63,039 bases of DNA from positions 1-63,039 of IMG/VR virus record IMGVR_UViG_3300033145_002283, one strand, 5' to 3'. Made by a program: the position numbers and the translations under genes. The notes beneath the pieces were generated by a model. It made no database searches and was not told the DNA's origin. It saw nothing but the letters and a program-made list of their open reading frames with translations. Shown piece by piece: positions 9,701 through 18,725 of the stretch (within the stretch, counting starts at the first letter, position 1; the number at the start of each line of letters is the position of its first letter). This DNA comes from a virus. Lineage: Duplodnaviria > Caudoviricetes.

Positions 9701-10061
9701 TGGCTTTTGTAAGCATGCTCAGAAGGGATTTCCAACCGGACAGGTTTTTGACCAGTACGGTTACATGCCCCCGTTTTTCACCTTTATGCTTGGCATCCAT
9801 GTATGGGACGATATACATTTCGCAGCCAATAACGGGCTTAATCCCTTCTTCTTTGCAGGCTTTTTGGAACTGAATTGCGCCATCAACATTGCCATGGTCA
9901 GTTATGGCTAAATATTCAAAACCCAGTTCTTTGGCTTTTCTGGCGTAAGCACGGGGCGTGCCTACGCCGTCAAGCTGGCTGTATTCGGTGTGGTTATGCA
10001 AGTGGCAGAAACTCATTGAACCCTCATCTATAATCGGATTATTTACACAGGGCGATTGCAT
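6792..10061 (-). CDS. dnaE: DNA polymerase III alpha with C-terminal family-4 uracil-DNA glycosylase (likely start 10016)
   Basis: PHP domain HLHNHTEYS/TDHG, GRGSVGGS, PDIDIDF, KLDILGL, YGFNKAH; C-terminal CxxC, GEAPG, NICKC, HPS. Confidence 0.93.
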   Translation of the reverse strand: MQSPCVNNPIIDEGSMSFCHLHNHTEYSQLDGVGTPRAYARKAKELGFEYLAITDHGNVDGAIQFQKACKEEGIKPVIGCEMYIVPYMDAKHKGEKRGHVTVLVKNLSGWKSLLSMLTKANLKGFYHRPRTDFESVLELDLSGLIFMTACAGSFLHLDGGPDFLCDLCDKTDCYYEIMPHNIPAQKRQHDLIKSLEYDLPFVATNDCHYINRGDWQAQEVLLAINRKAKWSDQNRFKFGFRGLHLRSEKEMIRAFEKQDHWPDTIIQKAMDKTIKIAEQCADFVVPKQDISLPEPPNLKADDDLNLKKLIEASPRSSLLKQKAYQNRYDYEFDLISRKGFSRYFLIVIDLIHWCRDNDIMVGPGRGSVGGSLIAYILGITETDPIQYGLYFSRFISDDRLDYPDIDIDFEDRKRGQVIEYLEKTYGKYNTAGISTFLRMKDRGIIHDVGRVFEVPYKEVNEFAKTIQPFRDDMDTLEKVFEMDEGQDFKKQYPEVSRNALKLKGQIRGAGQHAAAVVISNDDLRYTDRCNLSVRSNRIMVNWSMEDSEYCGLMKLDILGLNTLSVLSQCKKLIGKKDFKFSQIPLDDKDVFKMLSDGITAGVFQLSAKPSTKLCQDVGVNEFADIPAILALVRPGPFYSGMTEEYIERKKGDRWEPDHPIYEEITKETYGLLVYQEQVMAVISKLAGLPETTADKIRKIIAKKRDLSAFEEYKKMFICGCLRQKTFSRKRAEEFWHGLLEWASYGFNKAHATEYGLISYWTAWLKYHYPAEFMAAELTYGTGKEDIANEARETGLQMMSPKIGISDAIEWRVDNRILYAPFTEIKGIGEKAAYNCMPKKAKLSGFFDDSEYAPINVPQGTAKILDIILAHDKKAVPEQDILDEYFEPGLFQPVEQKIWIEQPYISRIRTKMVIGDCKLCGLRNECNAPVNPSPGIYNAAIIGEAPGPDEDEAGKGFVGASGQLIWPIFKRYGYSRRQFHISNICKCYPSKTGTPKPEHIKACMPYLRKELTAIKCKIALVFGNIGLSAFTEQKGGITKLSGTTQYLPEYDMVACWCVHPSWVLRDRRRRIEILKDGISNFINTIDDVPF

Positions 10062-11145
10062 ATGAAAAAATATCAGATTTAATATTCAACATGCTTTCGT
10101 TCACCGTGATGTCATGGATCTCGCCTAAAACCCTTTTCAAGGTGATGGGATTGATCATGAATGAGAATTCCTTCTCGTTTTTTGATGTCGTGACGGTTTC
10201 AGATATCCACCCCTTGATATTTTTAGCATTAAACTCCATAGTGTTTTCCGTGATATTGATTGTAATAACCGGCGTGGAATTATCCTCATTGAAAGCCATA
10301 ACTTCCTGGCGTTCAAGAACGTCCTTGAGATTTTCAGGCAGTTCGATTGGTTCCCCTTCTGCCTCAAATAATCCCAGGACTTTATCTGTTGGGTAATCGT
10401 CCTCAGCAGATAATATTGACATAATTGCTCCATCTTCTGATTTGTAATGGTCAAGACGGCCAGAGCCTTTCTGATAAGCAACGGGATTAAATGATGATAA
10501 TATTTTGGCTGAATCAGAGGGGATCAGCCCAGATACAGGGCAATCAGTCAATTGGTATTTTGAGGCCTGATAATTATTGCAGCTTATAACCAGCCCATCA
10601 ATTATTTGGACACTTCCCAGGGCGCTTGTGTATGACCCTGTTTCTGTGGTAGGGTAGCAAAACAGCAATGCATCTGAAAAATTGGGCGGTAATTCGTCCC
10701 AATTCTCCCCAGCATCCAATTTGGGTGGGTCAACAATTTTGATATAAAACCCGGCACGGACATTCCCGGATTTGAAAATGAACTGGTTTTGATTTTCGTC
10801 AAGACTGATTTCGATTTCTTTTTCCGGGGCCTTTCTCACAAATTTGAGGAACTCATTAGCATATATACTGCCCTCAAGGCCGGTATCAAGTGGATACGAT
10901 ATGGAAATATTGTCGTTGAAGGAAAAGATCCGGTCTTTCGCGAATATCACAAGCTCGGATTGTTCCGAAAGGTCGTTGCAACCGGCAATCCCGGGTTTAA
11001 TTGTTTCCAGTGCCTTAATAATGTCCTTTTTTTCAAGAGCTCTTGACAGTGTTTCTCCTGCTTTTTTATTGGTTTTTTTGACAGTTCTTTTTCTGCTCAT
11101 TGTTATCTCCTTATTATGCTTATTTTTTATTAATGTAAGCATCAA
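10039..11145 (-). CDS. dnaN: Putative sliding clamp (DnaN/beta-like; likely start 11100)
   Basis: ~350 aa, adjacent to dnaE, DYP and INP..L motifs; dnaX nearby. Confidence 0.65.
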   Translation of the reverse strand: MMLTLIKNKHNKEITMSRKRTVKKTNKKAGETLSRALEKKDIIKALETIKPGIAGCNDLSEQSELVIFAKDRIFSFNDNISISYPLDTGLEGSIYANEFLKFVRKAPEKEIEISLDENQNQFIFKSGNVRAGFYIKIVDPPKLDAGENWDELPPNFSDALLFCYPTTETGSYTSALGSVQIIDGLVISCNNYQASKYQLTDCPVSGLIPSDSAKILSSFNPVAYQKGSGRLDHYKSEDGAIMSILSAEDDYPTDKVLGLFEAEGEPIELPENLKDVLERQEVMAFNEDNSTPVITINITENTMEFNAKNIKGWISETVTTSKNEKEFSFMINPITLKRVLGEIHDITVNESMLNIKSDIFSYAIALCK

Positions 11146-11148
11146 ACA

Positions 11149-12063
11149 TTATCCGACCTTTGCCAGAACTGAGCACCGTTTTTTTATGCCTTCCGCCATC
11201 TCTTTTATTTTCCCCGTATCCCCTTTGAAAAAAAATAAAACATCCTGATAATTATTCATAAGTTTTAATTTTTTTGGAAAAAAATACGCCGCGCGCATAC
11301 CGGAATTGCCGGTAATCGTGATCAATACAGCCTTATTATAAAGAATCAGCCCATATTTCTTGAACATTTTTTCGACATACCCTGACATATTGATTAATTC
11401 GTCGTTCACGCGATAGTTCCCCACAACAATTCCTGCAAAACGATTATCCTTTAATTTATCGCATGATTTTTTGATTATTTCGCCCAAGGCAGATATGAAT
11501 TTAGATTCCGACATATTTGAAAGGTCGTTTGGGGAGTCAGAATATTTTTCCAAATTGCTGTATGGCGGGCAGGTAAAAATAAAATCAGCCTTCGGAGCGT
11601 TTTGAATCTCAGTCAATGAATCCCCAACCACCCAAGATGGTTGGTTATCCGGAATGATTTTGTTTGCCTGCACATTGTTTGCTGTGACCTGTTCCTCCCG
11701 CAGGTCACAGCCCCAGTATTTATACCCAAGGACATGGGCGACAATCCCCCGCACCGATCCGCCAGCGAACGGGTCAAGAATTTGCCCGCCAGCAGGGCAA
11801 AACCATTTATAGGCGATCTCACACAGTACGGGATCAAACACGGAAGATGACCGTTCATATTGTTCATGGTTACCGTTACCGGGCTTCAGGATTATCCCCC
11901 TCTTATCCCCTTTCCAACTCTTAATGCCAAGAGAAAACCATTTTCTTTTCCTTCTTATCCAATAACCTTGCCGGGCATTGAAAACGTTGAATGGAGGGGC
12001 GATGAATCGGTCTGATAATAACCTGCTATACGATTTTTTTACGGATATGCCGAATCCTGTCAT
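11149..12063 (-). CDS. DNA methyltransferase (N6/N4)
   Basis: SVFDPVLCEIAYKWF, DPFAGGS, TCPPY. Confidence 0.85.
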   Translation of the reverse strand: MTGFGISVKKSYSRLLSDRFIAPPFNVFNARQGYWIRRKRKWFSLGIKSWKGDKRGIILKPGNGNHEQYERSSSVFDPVLCEIAYKWFCPAGGQILDPFAGGSVRGIVAHVLGYKYWGCDLREEQVTANNVQANKIIPDNQPSWVVGDSLTEIQNAPKADFIFTCPPYSNLEKYSDSPNDLSNMSESKFISALGEIIKKSCDKLKDNRFAGIVVGNYRVNDELINMSGYVEKMFKKYGLILYNKAVLITITGNSGMRAAYFFPKKLKLMNNYQDVLFFFKGDTGKIKEMAEGIKKRCSVLAKVG

Positions 12064-12085
12064 GATAATTATGGTGTCCTAATTA

Positions 12086-12856
12086 TTAGTCTTCGATTAT
12101 CATGACCTTGCCGTCCATGTGACCCTTGCCGGTGGCCTTGATAAGGCCCCAAGCCTGGTAAAATGTCTGGCTGGGTTCGTTCCAGTCCTCGCTTTTTATA
12201 TTAGCCATGGTCATGGGTTGAATTTTGATGGTCTGTGCAAAAAGGTTTCTTTTGGAGCCAATTTTAAAACCGAATTCGTCCTTGTCGTTATTGCTGGTTA
12301 CTTTCAATACGGATTTTTTTGCAGCTTTTTTTGCAGAGGTTTTCTTTTTGGCGGTTTTTTTGACCTTGGTTTTTGTGGTTGGCTTTTCGGTAGGGTCAGG
12401 ATCGGTCTCCGGAACAGGATCATCACCCTGATTGTTTTCATCATCGGCCGGGCTGTTTTCGTCCTCGCTGGTTATAGGCGATTCGTCGCTATCAGATACA
12501 GGATTTTCGTCGAAATCCGGTTCGGATTCGGGCTCACCTTCCGGTTTGCCTTCTTCATCATCAGGCTCGACCTCTGCCAATTCAGCCACCTCGCCTTCCC
12601 ATCCCATAACCTTCAGCCATTTAATGATATCATCCGTGAAAGCCTCGTCTTCCAGGTCCTCAGGCTGGATATCCAGGGAGGCATCCAGAACATCGTCAAA
12701 CAGGTCCTGGCGCTTGATTTTGCGGCCGGTCTCAATGGGTGGATCAAACCCCATAACCTTGTTCATGGCTTCAGCAATTTCTTCGATCATCTTCTTGGTT
12801 ATGTCTTTTTTCAGCATTTCCTTCTCCTTTTTTGTTATTGTTGTTGTTACTATCAA
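12086..12856 (-). CDS. Low-complexity acidic then Lys-rich protein (likely start ~12817)
   Basis: D/E/P-rich linker followed by KKTAKKK repeats; downstream of a TATAAT motif. Confidence 0.7.
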   Translation of the reverse strand: MIVTTTITKKEKEMLKKDITKKMIEEIAEAMNKVMGFDPPIETGRKIKRQDLFDDVLDASLDIQPEDLEDEAFTDDIIKWLKVMGWEGEVAELAEVEPDDEEGKPEGEPESEPDFDENPVSDSDESPITSEDENSPADDENNQGDDPVPETDPDPTEKPTTKTKVKKTAKKKTSAKKAAKKSVLKVTSNNDKDEFGFKIGSKRNLFAQTIKIQPMTMANIKSEDWNEPSQTFYQAWGLIKATGKGHMDGKVMIIED

Positions 12857-12919
12857 AATTTTCTGTTGTCTATATTATAAACCATAATCAAAAAAATTAT
12901 GATTTAATTTTCGTTTTCT

Positions 12920-14464
12920 TCAAAAATCTCCTACGCAACTATCCAGATATATTTTCCCCAGATTAAGCTGTTGGGTAACGGCAATCGATTCAAACGAATC
13001 TTCTCCATGCCTGTTTTTCAGTATCCCTATTCTTGCAATTCCCCGTTTTTGATCTTCTGCGTTTTTATTGATTGCCATGGCTCCGTCAATTTTGCCCAGT
13101 TTGGAAATGTCCTCTGCCCAATCCCCTTTTTTGATGTCTTTCCCGGTCCGGGCCGTATTTGATTGGGATCCTGTTATCACCGCCATCTTACGTTCGCCCG
13201 CCAGGGCTTTGTGCCCGGCCCATACCTCAGATATCCCGTGCCGGTATTGTCCAAACTTCCCTTCCACCAGAAATTCGTCGGCGTAATCGGTGACCAGCAC
13301 ATCAGTGATAAAATCCTCATAATGTTCCAGATTGTACAGATATGCTTTGAGTTCGGTGATAGACAATGTACGGGGCGGATATTCGACCAATCTGATTTTC
13401 CCTGCCCGTTTGAGGAGTGGAGCCATCTTTTTTGCCTTTTTCAAAGCCCTGGCAGCGGTTATTTCTTCCCGGGTTACCTGCCGCCACCAGATTGCCGGTT
13501 TGAATTTATATGTACCTCTGCACCTTGTACATACAGTATATCTTTTTGGTGCTTCCTCAAATGGTAGCCGGATTGCCGGGTCACCGGGTTTCCCGTTTGG
13601 GTCTTTCACATACAATTTGAATCTGCAATCACTGTGTTTGCAATCCCCGTTTTGATTGTGCATGCAGTCAAAAACCGGTACCATGATATTGCCGGCATAT
13701 TTTTTATCAGGAAGGCCGGTAACACCGGATTGGATACGTTTTATCATCTGCCGCTCGGTCATTTCCAATGATACAAAAACCACATTGAGGCCGGCAAACG
13801 CTGCCCGTTCTGCAATCCACCATAACCACCATGTCTTCCCAATACCTTGCTCACCAACCACGGCAAACAGGTGGTTGCGCTCAAACGGCCCAATGGCATT
13901 GCCAAGATCGCCGGGGAGCCGGAAAAGGATGTCAGATGAATTTTCATTGAAAGCATTTTTGATTGCATCTGTATCCCGTAACGGGTCAACCCCTTTGGCC
14001 TGGATCCTTGCTACCCGTTCGAACCCCTTCAGTAATGCCTCAGCTTCTTCTATTCGTCCGGCCGTTACGGCCCTGGATAGCTCGTATTTGATATTTTGGA
14101 GGTGGGCCAGTCTGAAGTGTTTTTCTGCATTGTCCAGCGCATAGGCTGCGTTGAAGGTTTGTCCTCTGGAGAATTCATCGGACAAATCAAGTAACAGGTC
14201 CTCAATGCCGTCTGCCACCTCGGGGGCAATATCTGTATTTTTCTTTTCTCTGAAAATATCCTCAATATGTCGTCCTGGGGCTTTTTCGTATTGATCATAA
14301 TATTCTATGCACCACCCTGCTATTGTTTTGAGATCCTTGGCCAGCAGGCAATCGTTTGCCCACATTGATCTAATCCCGGTGATAAAATCGTCACTGATTA
14401 TCATACCCGTAACGATTTTTCGCTCAATTTTTGTGTCCGGTGGAGTCCGTCTGTTTATTGCCAT
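12920..14464 (-). CDS. dnaB: DnaB-like replicative helicase with Cys-rich insertion
   Basis: GEQGIGKT, VSLEM, TDYAD, GSQ, KNRHG. Confidence 0.85.
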   Translation of the reverse strand: MAINRRTPPDTKIERKIVTGMIISDDFITGIRSMWANDCLLAKDLKTIAGWCIEYYDQYEKAPGRHIEDIFREKKNTDIAPEVADGIEDLLLDLSDEFSRGQTFNAAYALDNAEKHFRLAHLQNIKYELSRAVTAGRIEEAEALLKGFERVARIQAKGVDPLRDTDAIKNAFNENSSDILFRLPGDLGNAIGPFERNHLFAVVGEQGIGKTWWLWWIAERAAFAGLNVVFVSLEMTERQMIKRIQSGVTGLPDKKYAGNIMVPVFDCMHNQNGDCKHSDCRFKLYVKDPNGKPGDPAIRLPFEEAPKRYTVCTRCRGTYKFKPAIWWRQVTREEITAARALKKAKKMAPLLKRAGKIRLVEYPPRTLSITELKAYLYNLEHYEDFITDVLVTDYADEFLVEGKFGQYRHGISEVWAGHKALAGERKMAVITGSQSNTARTGKDIKKGDWAEDISKLGKIDGAMAINKNAEDQKRGIARIGILKNRHGEDSFESIAVTQQLNLGKIYLDSCVGDF

Positions 14465-14522
14465 ATTTTCCCCGGTTGTATTTTTAAATTTTAACGCCGT
14501 ATCGGCTTTAAAATGGCTTGCC

Positions 14523-14591
14523 CTATACCATTATATACCTTTTTAATTTTACCCCATGAAAAAATGATGTAAGACGTGAGAATCGCTATAT
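14523..14591 (-). repeat. Family B repeat, diverged (before dnaB)
   Basis: Minus strand TTACATC...GGGGTAAAATTAAAAAGGTATATAATGGTATAG. Confidence 0.65.
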
Positions 14592-16064
14592 TTAGGATTT
14601 ATCTATAAACCTTTTTAACAGCTCTGCCGGTTTTATATCGGTCACGCCTCTGTAATATAAAATTTCCTGGCATTCCTCCATGTATTCCCGAAACGGCCAT
14701 TTGTTTATGCCAAGCATCCATACATCGTTCAATATTATACTGGAGCCTTCAAGAAATCCTATGTACCCGGTATAATACTGTTCATACAGCCGGTAATATA
14801 CAAGCTGTCGGATATTTGGGTCTTTTGACCATCTTTGGAGATGCTCCCAGAATGATACAAGCCCATGTATGACTTTATCCAGCTCATGCTGGTTTGGGGC
14901 TTTCTCCCATATTTTTGCCTTGGTGAATTTTTCAACCAGTGACGGATATTGTATTTTTTTCATCTCAGACAGTTTTTTAGGTGGTATTTGTATAACCTGC
15001 ATAAACAATGACTTCCCATTTTCTTTATTATAAAGCAGGGCAGGTAAATTTTTTGTCCATGGGGCTTTTTCTTGGGGCCAGTAATCATTCTGGCTGAATT
15101 TGGATAAATATTCTATCCCTTGTTTAAGCTCATCAATGGAGTATTTTTTGTCTGGAATTTTGCAGCGTTTTTTCCAAGCCGGATCTAACCCGGACATTTT
15201 ACCAGCTCTGAGCTGAATAAAATACCGGTGGATTTGTTTTATTGTTTTGGAGGGTTCTTCTTTATTAATTCTATGGGAGGTTGTATTTGGATATGAATTC
15301 CACTGTTCAATCAAATCTATTACATATGGAGGGATTTTTGTTATATTTGTTTTTTGCCTGATATCTTTTCGTCTGTATTTCATTTTGGACTTTCTTTCTT
15401 CTGCTTGTAATTTGTTTCTTGTTTTTCTTTCTGTCTTGGGTTTGATTCTTTTTTCAGAATTTGAAACATTATGATTTTCGTCAGAAAATCTTATCCTTCT
15501 TTTTTTTAAAAAAGAATTAGTATTTGTGTTAGTATTTTTATTAGTATTCGTTTTAGTATTATTAGAGTCACGGTTCCATGGGGATGGGCGCCCATCCCCA
15601 TGGTTTTCATAGGTATGGTTCCCATGCTCATGGCCATAAGCGGTTATGAGATTGATTTCAGACTGCATTTTTTTAAAATTGGGTATTTCCATGTTAAGTT
15701 CTTCAAGCTTTTTTATATGGTCTGATATATCAAAATGGTTTGGTATATCAGAGTAAGCCCAAAATGACCCTTCCCATCGTTTTGTTTTTTTATTTCTGTA
15801 TTTAATACGTTTTAGGTATTTTAGGCTCTCAAGTTCAGACAAACTATTATCGATAGAGTTGAACCCATGTCCTGTTGTTTCTTTTATTGAGTCGATATAT
15901 GAAACCCATCCTTTTTTGTTTGACAATAAAGTGAAAAGTAAAATTTTAGTTCTATCTTTTACTTTGGGGTCTCGTAATAAACTATTTGGAATAATAGTGA
16001 AGTCTTCTGTAAGGCAATGAGTATTTGCATCAGACATTCTGTTGCCATAAGTTATTATCTCCAT
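14592..16064 (-). CDS. Putative replication initiator (N-terminal wHTH)
   Basis: FTIIPNSLLRDP...LSELESLKYL N-terminus typical of phage initiators; upstream of helicase; T/N-rich linker. Confidence 0.6.
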   Translation of the reverse strand: MEIITYGNRMSDANTHCLTEDFTIIPNSLLRDPKVKDRTKILLFTLLSNKKGWVSYIDSIKETTGHGFNSIDNSLSELESLKYLKRIKYRNKKTKRWEGSFWAYSDIPNHFDISDHIKKLEELNMEIPNFKKMQSEINLITAYGHEHGNHTYENHGDGRPSPWNRDSNNTKTNTNKNTNTNTNSFLKKRRIRFSDENHNVSNSEKRIKPKTERKTRNKLQAEERKSKMKYRRKDIRQKTNITKIPPYVIDLIEQWNSYPNTTSHRINKEEPSKTIKQIHRYFIQLRAGKMSGLDPAWKKRCKIPDKKYSIDELKQGIEYLSKFSQNDYWPQEKAPWTKNLPALLYNKENGKSLFMQVIQIPPKKLSEMKKIQYPSLVEKFTKAKIWEKAPNQHELDKVIHGLVSFWEHLQRWSKDPNIRQLVYYRLYEQYYTGYIGFLEGSSIILNDVWMLGINKWPFREYMEECQEILYYRGVTDIKPAELLKRFIDKS

Positions 16065-16091
16065 ATGATACCTCCTTAACCTACAAAAAAA

Positions 16092-16511
16092 TTAACAACC
16101 TCTCTCTTTTAACATTTTGTCAATTTCCGGACATTCAAGGCCAAGCTCTTCAATGTCTTTTGCAGGCTCGGCGATGTCAAAATGATTAGGGACCTTTGTT
16201 ATCATTGCAAAAGATCCCTCCCATTTTTTTGTTTTTTTATCCCGGTATCTAAAAAGACGAAAATACCCGGCATCTGCCAATTCGGCCACCGCTGAACGTA
16301 TTGCGGTTTCTCCATCTGTCGATGCCATTTTTAAATCTTCAAAATATGATATTTCTCTGTCTTCATCTGGGATTATTATCGCCAATGCACAATAGACGCC
16401 CTTGGCTTTGAAACTGATATTTGGGTCCATTAGTATGTTGTTTGGGATCAGGGTAATATTTTTGGAGGCACTGCAATTTATGAGTTCAATATCTGTATAA
16501 TGATTCCCCAT
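16092..16511 (-). CDS. wHTH protein paralogous to the N-terminus of 14592-16064
   Basis: IPNNILMDPNISFKAKG; RYRDKKTKKWEGSF motif shared. Confidence 0.7.
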   Translation of the reverse strand: MGNHYTDIELINCSASKNITLIPNNILMDPNISFKAKGVYCALAIIIPDEDREISYFEDLKMASTDGETAIRSAVAELADAGYFRLFRYRDKKTKKWEGSFAMITKVPNHFDIAEPAKDIEELGLECPEIDKMLKERGC

Positions 16512-16813
16512 TATTCACCTTCCTTTCTTTTGATGGTTTCATTGATTTTTTTTATATTGAGTTTGTATTTGTTTCTTGCAGGCATCCCTTCTCTTCTGAC
16601 ATCAATAATGCCTTTCATTTTTAATCGGTCGCATATACCTCTTTGGATCAATGTTGACATACGAGTGCTTTCGCGGATTTCTTCTTGTGTCGGGGTAATC
16701 CATTTGACACCTTTTGTTGCTCCGATTGTTTCGGAATAATCAATTAGAAATTGGATAAACGTTCCGTCTTTATAACCAAATGTTTGAATTATCGCTTTTC
16801 TGTTATGTCCCAC
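16511..16813 (-). CDS. wHTH protein
   Basis: T.EEI...T.MS...QR....L...GII...R.GMPARNKY pattern of phage initiator N-terminal domains. Confidence 0.6.
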   Translation of the reverse strand: MGHNRKAIIQTFGYKDGTFIQFLIDYSETIGATKGVKWITPTQEEIRESTRMSTLIQRGICDRLKMKGIIDVRREGMPARNKYKLNIKKINETIKRKEGE

Positions 16814-17219
16814 ATACCCTCCTTTTTAAAAAAGTTTCATTGTTAAAATATAATATAATAACTTGAAATCAAAAGTCTACTAAAAAAATTAATACATTTT
16901 GTTGCCCTCGCCCGGCCAGCCGGGATATCGCCATAATTTTATTATAAAAAGCTTTTTAAAAATTATTTTAATCCCGGCCGACCCCGGGGCAAGAGCAGGT
17001 AAAATAAAAGGCCATCAAGGCAATGGGAGCCCGAAAAACCCGGTCCCTGATGGGAAGAAGTAATTGGTTGACAAAAAGGCGAACAGCCGCAGCACGATAA
17101 GAAAAAGCACAAAAGACATAACCATTTTGAGCACACTGCTGAACGCATCCATAACCGCGATCATTATTCTGATTTTTTCCGACATGATTTCATCCTCCTT
17201 GGTCTTGGTTATTGGGTTA

Positions 17220-17477
17220 TTAAGCCACTCTCAATTTTGCCTCAACGGCCAGTTTGTCCATGGCCCGGTGATAAATGGTATTCCACCGGTACCGGTAAGC
17301 GTCTGTATTTTTTTTGGCCTCACTGTCCGCCATGGCTTCATCGGCCATTGCGGCCGCTTTGGGTATCAGTGTGTTTATTTTCTTTTCCCGATCAATGGTA
17401 TTCATTGTTTCCCTCATCATCAGATCTCCTTTCTTGTCATTGCCGGAGTCATGGTTTCGCCCCTGCATATGGGGCAT
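17220..17477 (-). CDS. Hypothetical protein (likely start ~17417-17420)
   Basis: AGGAG RBS before MMRETM. Confidence 0.55.
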   Translation of the reverse strand: MPHMQGRNHDSGNDKKGDLMMRETMNTIDREKKINTLIPKAAAMADEAMADSEAKKNTDAYRYRWNTIYHRAMDKLAVEAKLRVA

Positions 17478-17565
17478 TCGACCAGGTACCTGGCATATTC
17501 AAGTTTATGTTTTTTACAATATTTTTTTGGTTGTTTGCCTGCTTTTTTATCCAAATCAAAAGGCA

Positions 17566-18444
17566 TTAAAGCAGGTCTCTCATCAATTCGTCCGCCTCTT
17601 TTTGTCCTAACTCTCCGGGGTCCCGCCCGGCGTCGTCTTGTAATATTATGCATTCCACACCTCTTGCGCATAATTGGTAATGTAATTTGTCGGCCTGTAA
17701 TTGGGCTTGCTCTTCAGGGTCAAAGAAAATAAAAACCCGCTTGTATTTTGATAACAATTTAACCTGGGGTTCGGAAAAACCAATACCGAACATTCCCACG
17801 GATCCCGGCCCTAACCGCCATACATCAGCCGGGCCTTCAACGGCTACACATGATTCTCTTGTTTTATCTGCCCCATAAAGAGTGTATTTGTGATGGTAGA
17901 TTTCTTTATTGTCGGGGCATGATTTATATTTGGGCTGCTGGTTATTGGTGATTGCCCTGGTTGTGAAACTCACCATCCGGCCTTTATGAATCACAGGGAT
18001 GAAAATTCTGAATGAATAATTCCCGGTATGCCCGGTGGATTTCAAACCCCATATTGCGGCCAATTTCATAGGGTCATAACCCCGTCCCTCAAGATATTTT
18101 TTTGCTATGGGCGTGAGCGGTTGTATTTCAGGTAGCTCCAATCTGTCGACATATTTCCTTGTTTTGAATTTAGGGCCTTCATCCCCGGACGAATATTTTT
18201 TGATGGTTTCTTTGGCTTCCGGATAATTTTTCCCGGTCAAAGCCATCACCACATCAGCCAGGCGGTGGCTCCCACATCTCCAGCAGGCATAATACCCACC
18301 AGAGATGTTGAACCCACCATGCCAGCCGTAATGCCCGGAGCAGAATGGGCAGTGGATCTGAACCCATCCTGGCCGGGAATGTTTGGGATCATGATCTGTA
18401 TGATCAATCCCAAAATTCTCAAGGAATATTTTGGCATCAAACAT
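17566..18444 (-). CDS. DNA primase (zinc finger plus TOPRIM)
   Basis: CPFC...CWRC; VEGPAD; FFDPE; DPG. Confidence 0.85.
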   Translation of the reverse strand: MFDAKIFLENFGIDHTDHDPKHSRPGWVQIHCPFCSGHYGWHGGFNISGGYYACWRCGSHRLADVVMALTGKNYPEAKETIKKYSSGDEGPKFKTRKYVDRLELPEIQPLTPIAKKYLEGRGYDPMKLAAIWGLKSTGHTGNYSFRIFIPVIHKGRMVSFTTRAITNNQQPKYKSCPDNKEIYHHKYTLYGADKTRESCVAVEGPADVWRLGPGSVGMFGIGFSEPQVKLLSKYKRVFIFFDPEEQAQLQADKLHYQLCARGVECIILQDDAGRDPGELGQKEADELMRDLL

Positions 18445-18661
18445 TGTCAGCCTTCATCATTTGTTTGATGCGGTCGGTTATTGAAAGGCTTGATGAGACC
18501 ACCCGGCCAGCCCGCACGGCTCCTTTTTTGCCGACAAAGTAGAAAAAGCCTTCTTTTCTGGATTTGAACCGCCGGTATTTCACGGTTGTCGGTTTAACTT
18601 CTTCAAATCCTCTACCTACCAGCCATTCGCATATTTTCTCTTGGACTGTCTGTTTTGCCAT
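18437..18661 (-). CDS. Hypothetical protein
   Basis: AAGGAGG RBS preceded by a GNRA hairpin. Confidence 0.7.
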   Translation of the reverse strand: MAKQTVQEKICEWLVGRGFEEVKPTTVKYRRFKSRKEGFFYFVGKKGAVRAGRVVSSSLSITDRIKQMMKADNV

Positions 18662-18665
18662 GTTA

Positions 18666-18704
18666 TCCTCCTTTGCCCGGCCTTTCGACCGGGCTGTGTT
18701 GTTG
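18666..18704 (-). repeat. 39-bp leader repeat with GNRA hairpin and RBS, copy 1
   Basis: One mismatch vs 24514-24552. Confidence 0.85.
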
Positions 18705-18725
18705 ATTTTTGATTATTTAGAGAGA

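Noticed and set aside
12119-12887. Long plus-strand ORFs (253 and 151 aa), and similar antisense ORFs elsewhere
   Set aside because: Shadows of low-complexity or real genes on the opposite strand; no RBS or motifs
6792-14464. Inteins or introns in polymerase or helicase
   Set aside because: No C...HN splice motifs or LAGLIDADG blocks; reading frames are continuous
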